From Chiloscyllium plagiosum (Eukaryota): a stretch of DNA of 64,000 nt. The stretch covers positions 5,563,474 to 5,627,473 of the forward strand of contig NC_057755.1 in assembly GCF_004010195.1 (NCBI RefSeq), read 5' to 3'. Every line of letters starts with the position of its first letter. The stretch's first letter is position 1. The notes under the pieces were generated by a model. It was not told where the DNA came from. It searched no databases and saw only the letters and a program-made list of their open reading frames with translations. The translations under genes and the position numbers were made by a program. Positions 62,450 to 64,000 of this stretch are shown in pieces.

Positions 62450-64000
62450 GAAACAAGCCCCCCACCTCGCTAGTGAGGTACTTCACAGGACTCGGCACCA
62501 GTCATGGGTTATAGTCCATCCCCTTGAATCAGTCCTGCCAGTACAACTTGTGTTCAGTTTCCATGAACAACAGAATACATGGGCTTATGTACTCCAAGGG
62601 TTTCAGAACTCACCCTCGGGTTTTCACAGACGTGTAGCCAAGGGACTAGAACAGCTTTCCCAGCCTGACTGCCTGATGAGCGAAGTGGACATCCTGCTTT
62701 TCCAGACAGAATCAAAGCAGGAACACATTCAGCTCCGAGATGAGCTCCTCGATCTTTTACAAACCCAAAGCAGGCAAGATCTTACAACCTCGGGTCACGT
62801 ACTTGGAGACAGCAGGCACCCAAGTCAAGGGGGAAACAGACCAGAAACTAATAGGGACCATAGAAAGACTTCCACTGCCTCGAGATGTTAGCGCACTTTG
62901 GTCTATCCTATGGTTAGTACGGTACTGCAGGAACTACATTGCTGGGTTCACTACTAAAGCAGCCCCACTCTCAGAGTTACTGAAAAGAACGCTGTCTGGG
63001 AGGAACTGATTTAACACACGCTGTCGCAACAGCACCTGACTTACCGTACACCCTAGAAGTTGCAGCCACAGATCAGATGACAGCTGCTATTCTACTGCAG
63101 AAGTGGCATAGTGAGCAATGCCCAGTGGCGTACAACTCCAGACTCCGACAGCCTATGGAACAACGATTCGCCATGTGCAAACAACACTTCCTCGCAGTCT
63201 TTGGGCAGTCCAGTACTTTGTCTATGTCATTGGTTTAAACCCACTGACCATACTGACTGAGTACAGCCCAATACAGCTCCTCCCAGACGGCCCAATCAAG
63301 AACAGCTCGGTGAACCAGATTCGAGCCACACGATGGACTCCACTGCTTCAAGGTTGGGACATCACGGTCAGATGCACCAACATCGCAACTTTCCTCACCA
63401 ATAACCTAAATGATGGAGGAGATCCACACGACTGCCAAATGATAGCCAGTAAACACCTCCACCTTTTCTTCATGAGGAACTGGGGAATCGGTTATGGATG
63501 GAACAGAAGGATGGCCGGACAGACACAGCCACCAGAATTTATGTCGTTGGATCCTGCACTGTAGTGAATGGCAGTCAGTTCACCGGCTGGGGAATATACA
63601 GATCTGATACCCAAGGACAAGCAACGTCTAACTGGTCTTGGAATTACACAGCCATCTGAGTGCCTAAGCTGCAGAACCAGCAGCTGTGGCTTACATAGGC
63701 AGCCACCCCGACCTGGAAGGCAACTGCAGAGCCGACAAGTTTTCCAAAACAGGGGCTCATGTTGGGGAATTCTGACAGCCCCCCTATCATGATCAGACCA
63801 ATGCAATCACTATCAGTCAGACAAACACAGAGGCCATTAGCCAAGCACAACAGCACGATGTTTTGGTAAAGCGGATGGTGCCAGAGATTTATCCAGGCAC
63901 CGACACACACATACTCTCCAAGTACAGAACAGTGTCGTCCGAAAAAGCACGAATCTATGCAGTCCTGGCTCAGGATAGGCACCGGATTATATATCAATTC

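Larger units (their letters stand above)
59868..64000 (+). mobile_element. Degraded endogenous retrovirus-type pro-pol (protease, RT, tether RNase H, RNase H), interrupted by SINE and Tx1 insertions
   Basis: Protease: PAEFPLDTGVSCTTL (D at 59919) and HILGVDY. RT: FAQQQRDCG, NASIWLITKPDGSWCLTIDYWELNK, RYFTGL..SIPL, QQNTWAYVLQGFQNSPSGFH, EVDILL (YVDD site, 62682). Tether: PYTLEVAATD..AILLQ..PVAYNSR..WAVQYF..TILTEYSP. RNase H: IYVVGS at about 63537. Confidence 0.85.

Overview
Eukaryotic, repeat-dominated genomic DNA, most likely from a cartilaginous fish (shark or ray), judging by HE1/V-SINE-like SINEs, CR1 LINEs, Penelope elements and GPR139-like receptor relics. I find no intact host protein-coding gene. 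The window contains three disabled GPR139/GPR142-like class A GPCR coding exons (about 10.5, 22.2 and 47.9 kb) in a heavily duplicated region. The duplications are an inverted duplication (1-6.07 kb), an ~11.7-kb tandem duplicon in two long copies plus one partial copy, an older diverged paralogous block (34-40 kb) and a 2.15-kb direct duplication. Other content: many CR1, Rex1/Babar, Tx1 and Penelope fragments (two with minimal hammerhead-ribozyme cores), a tRNA-Gly(TCC) pseudogene, and, at the right end, a degraded retrovirus-type pro-pol (protease, RT, tether RNase H, second RNase H) with nested SINE and Tx1 insertions. There are eight N-gaps, and several duplication junctions fall on them, so assembly artefacts cannot be excluded. 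All family assignments come from recognising motifs by eye, not from database searches. I cannot support a claim of a wholly new biological system. The best candidates for follow-up are the retroviral relic, the ribozyme motifs and the duplication architecture.
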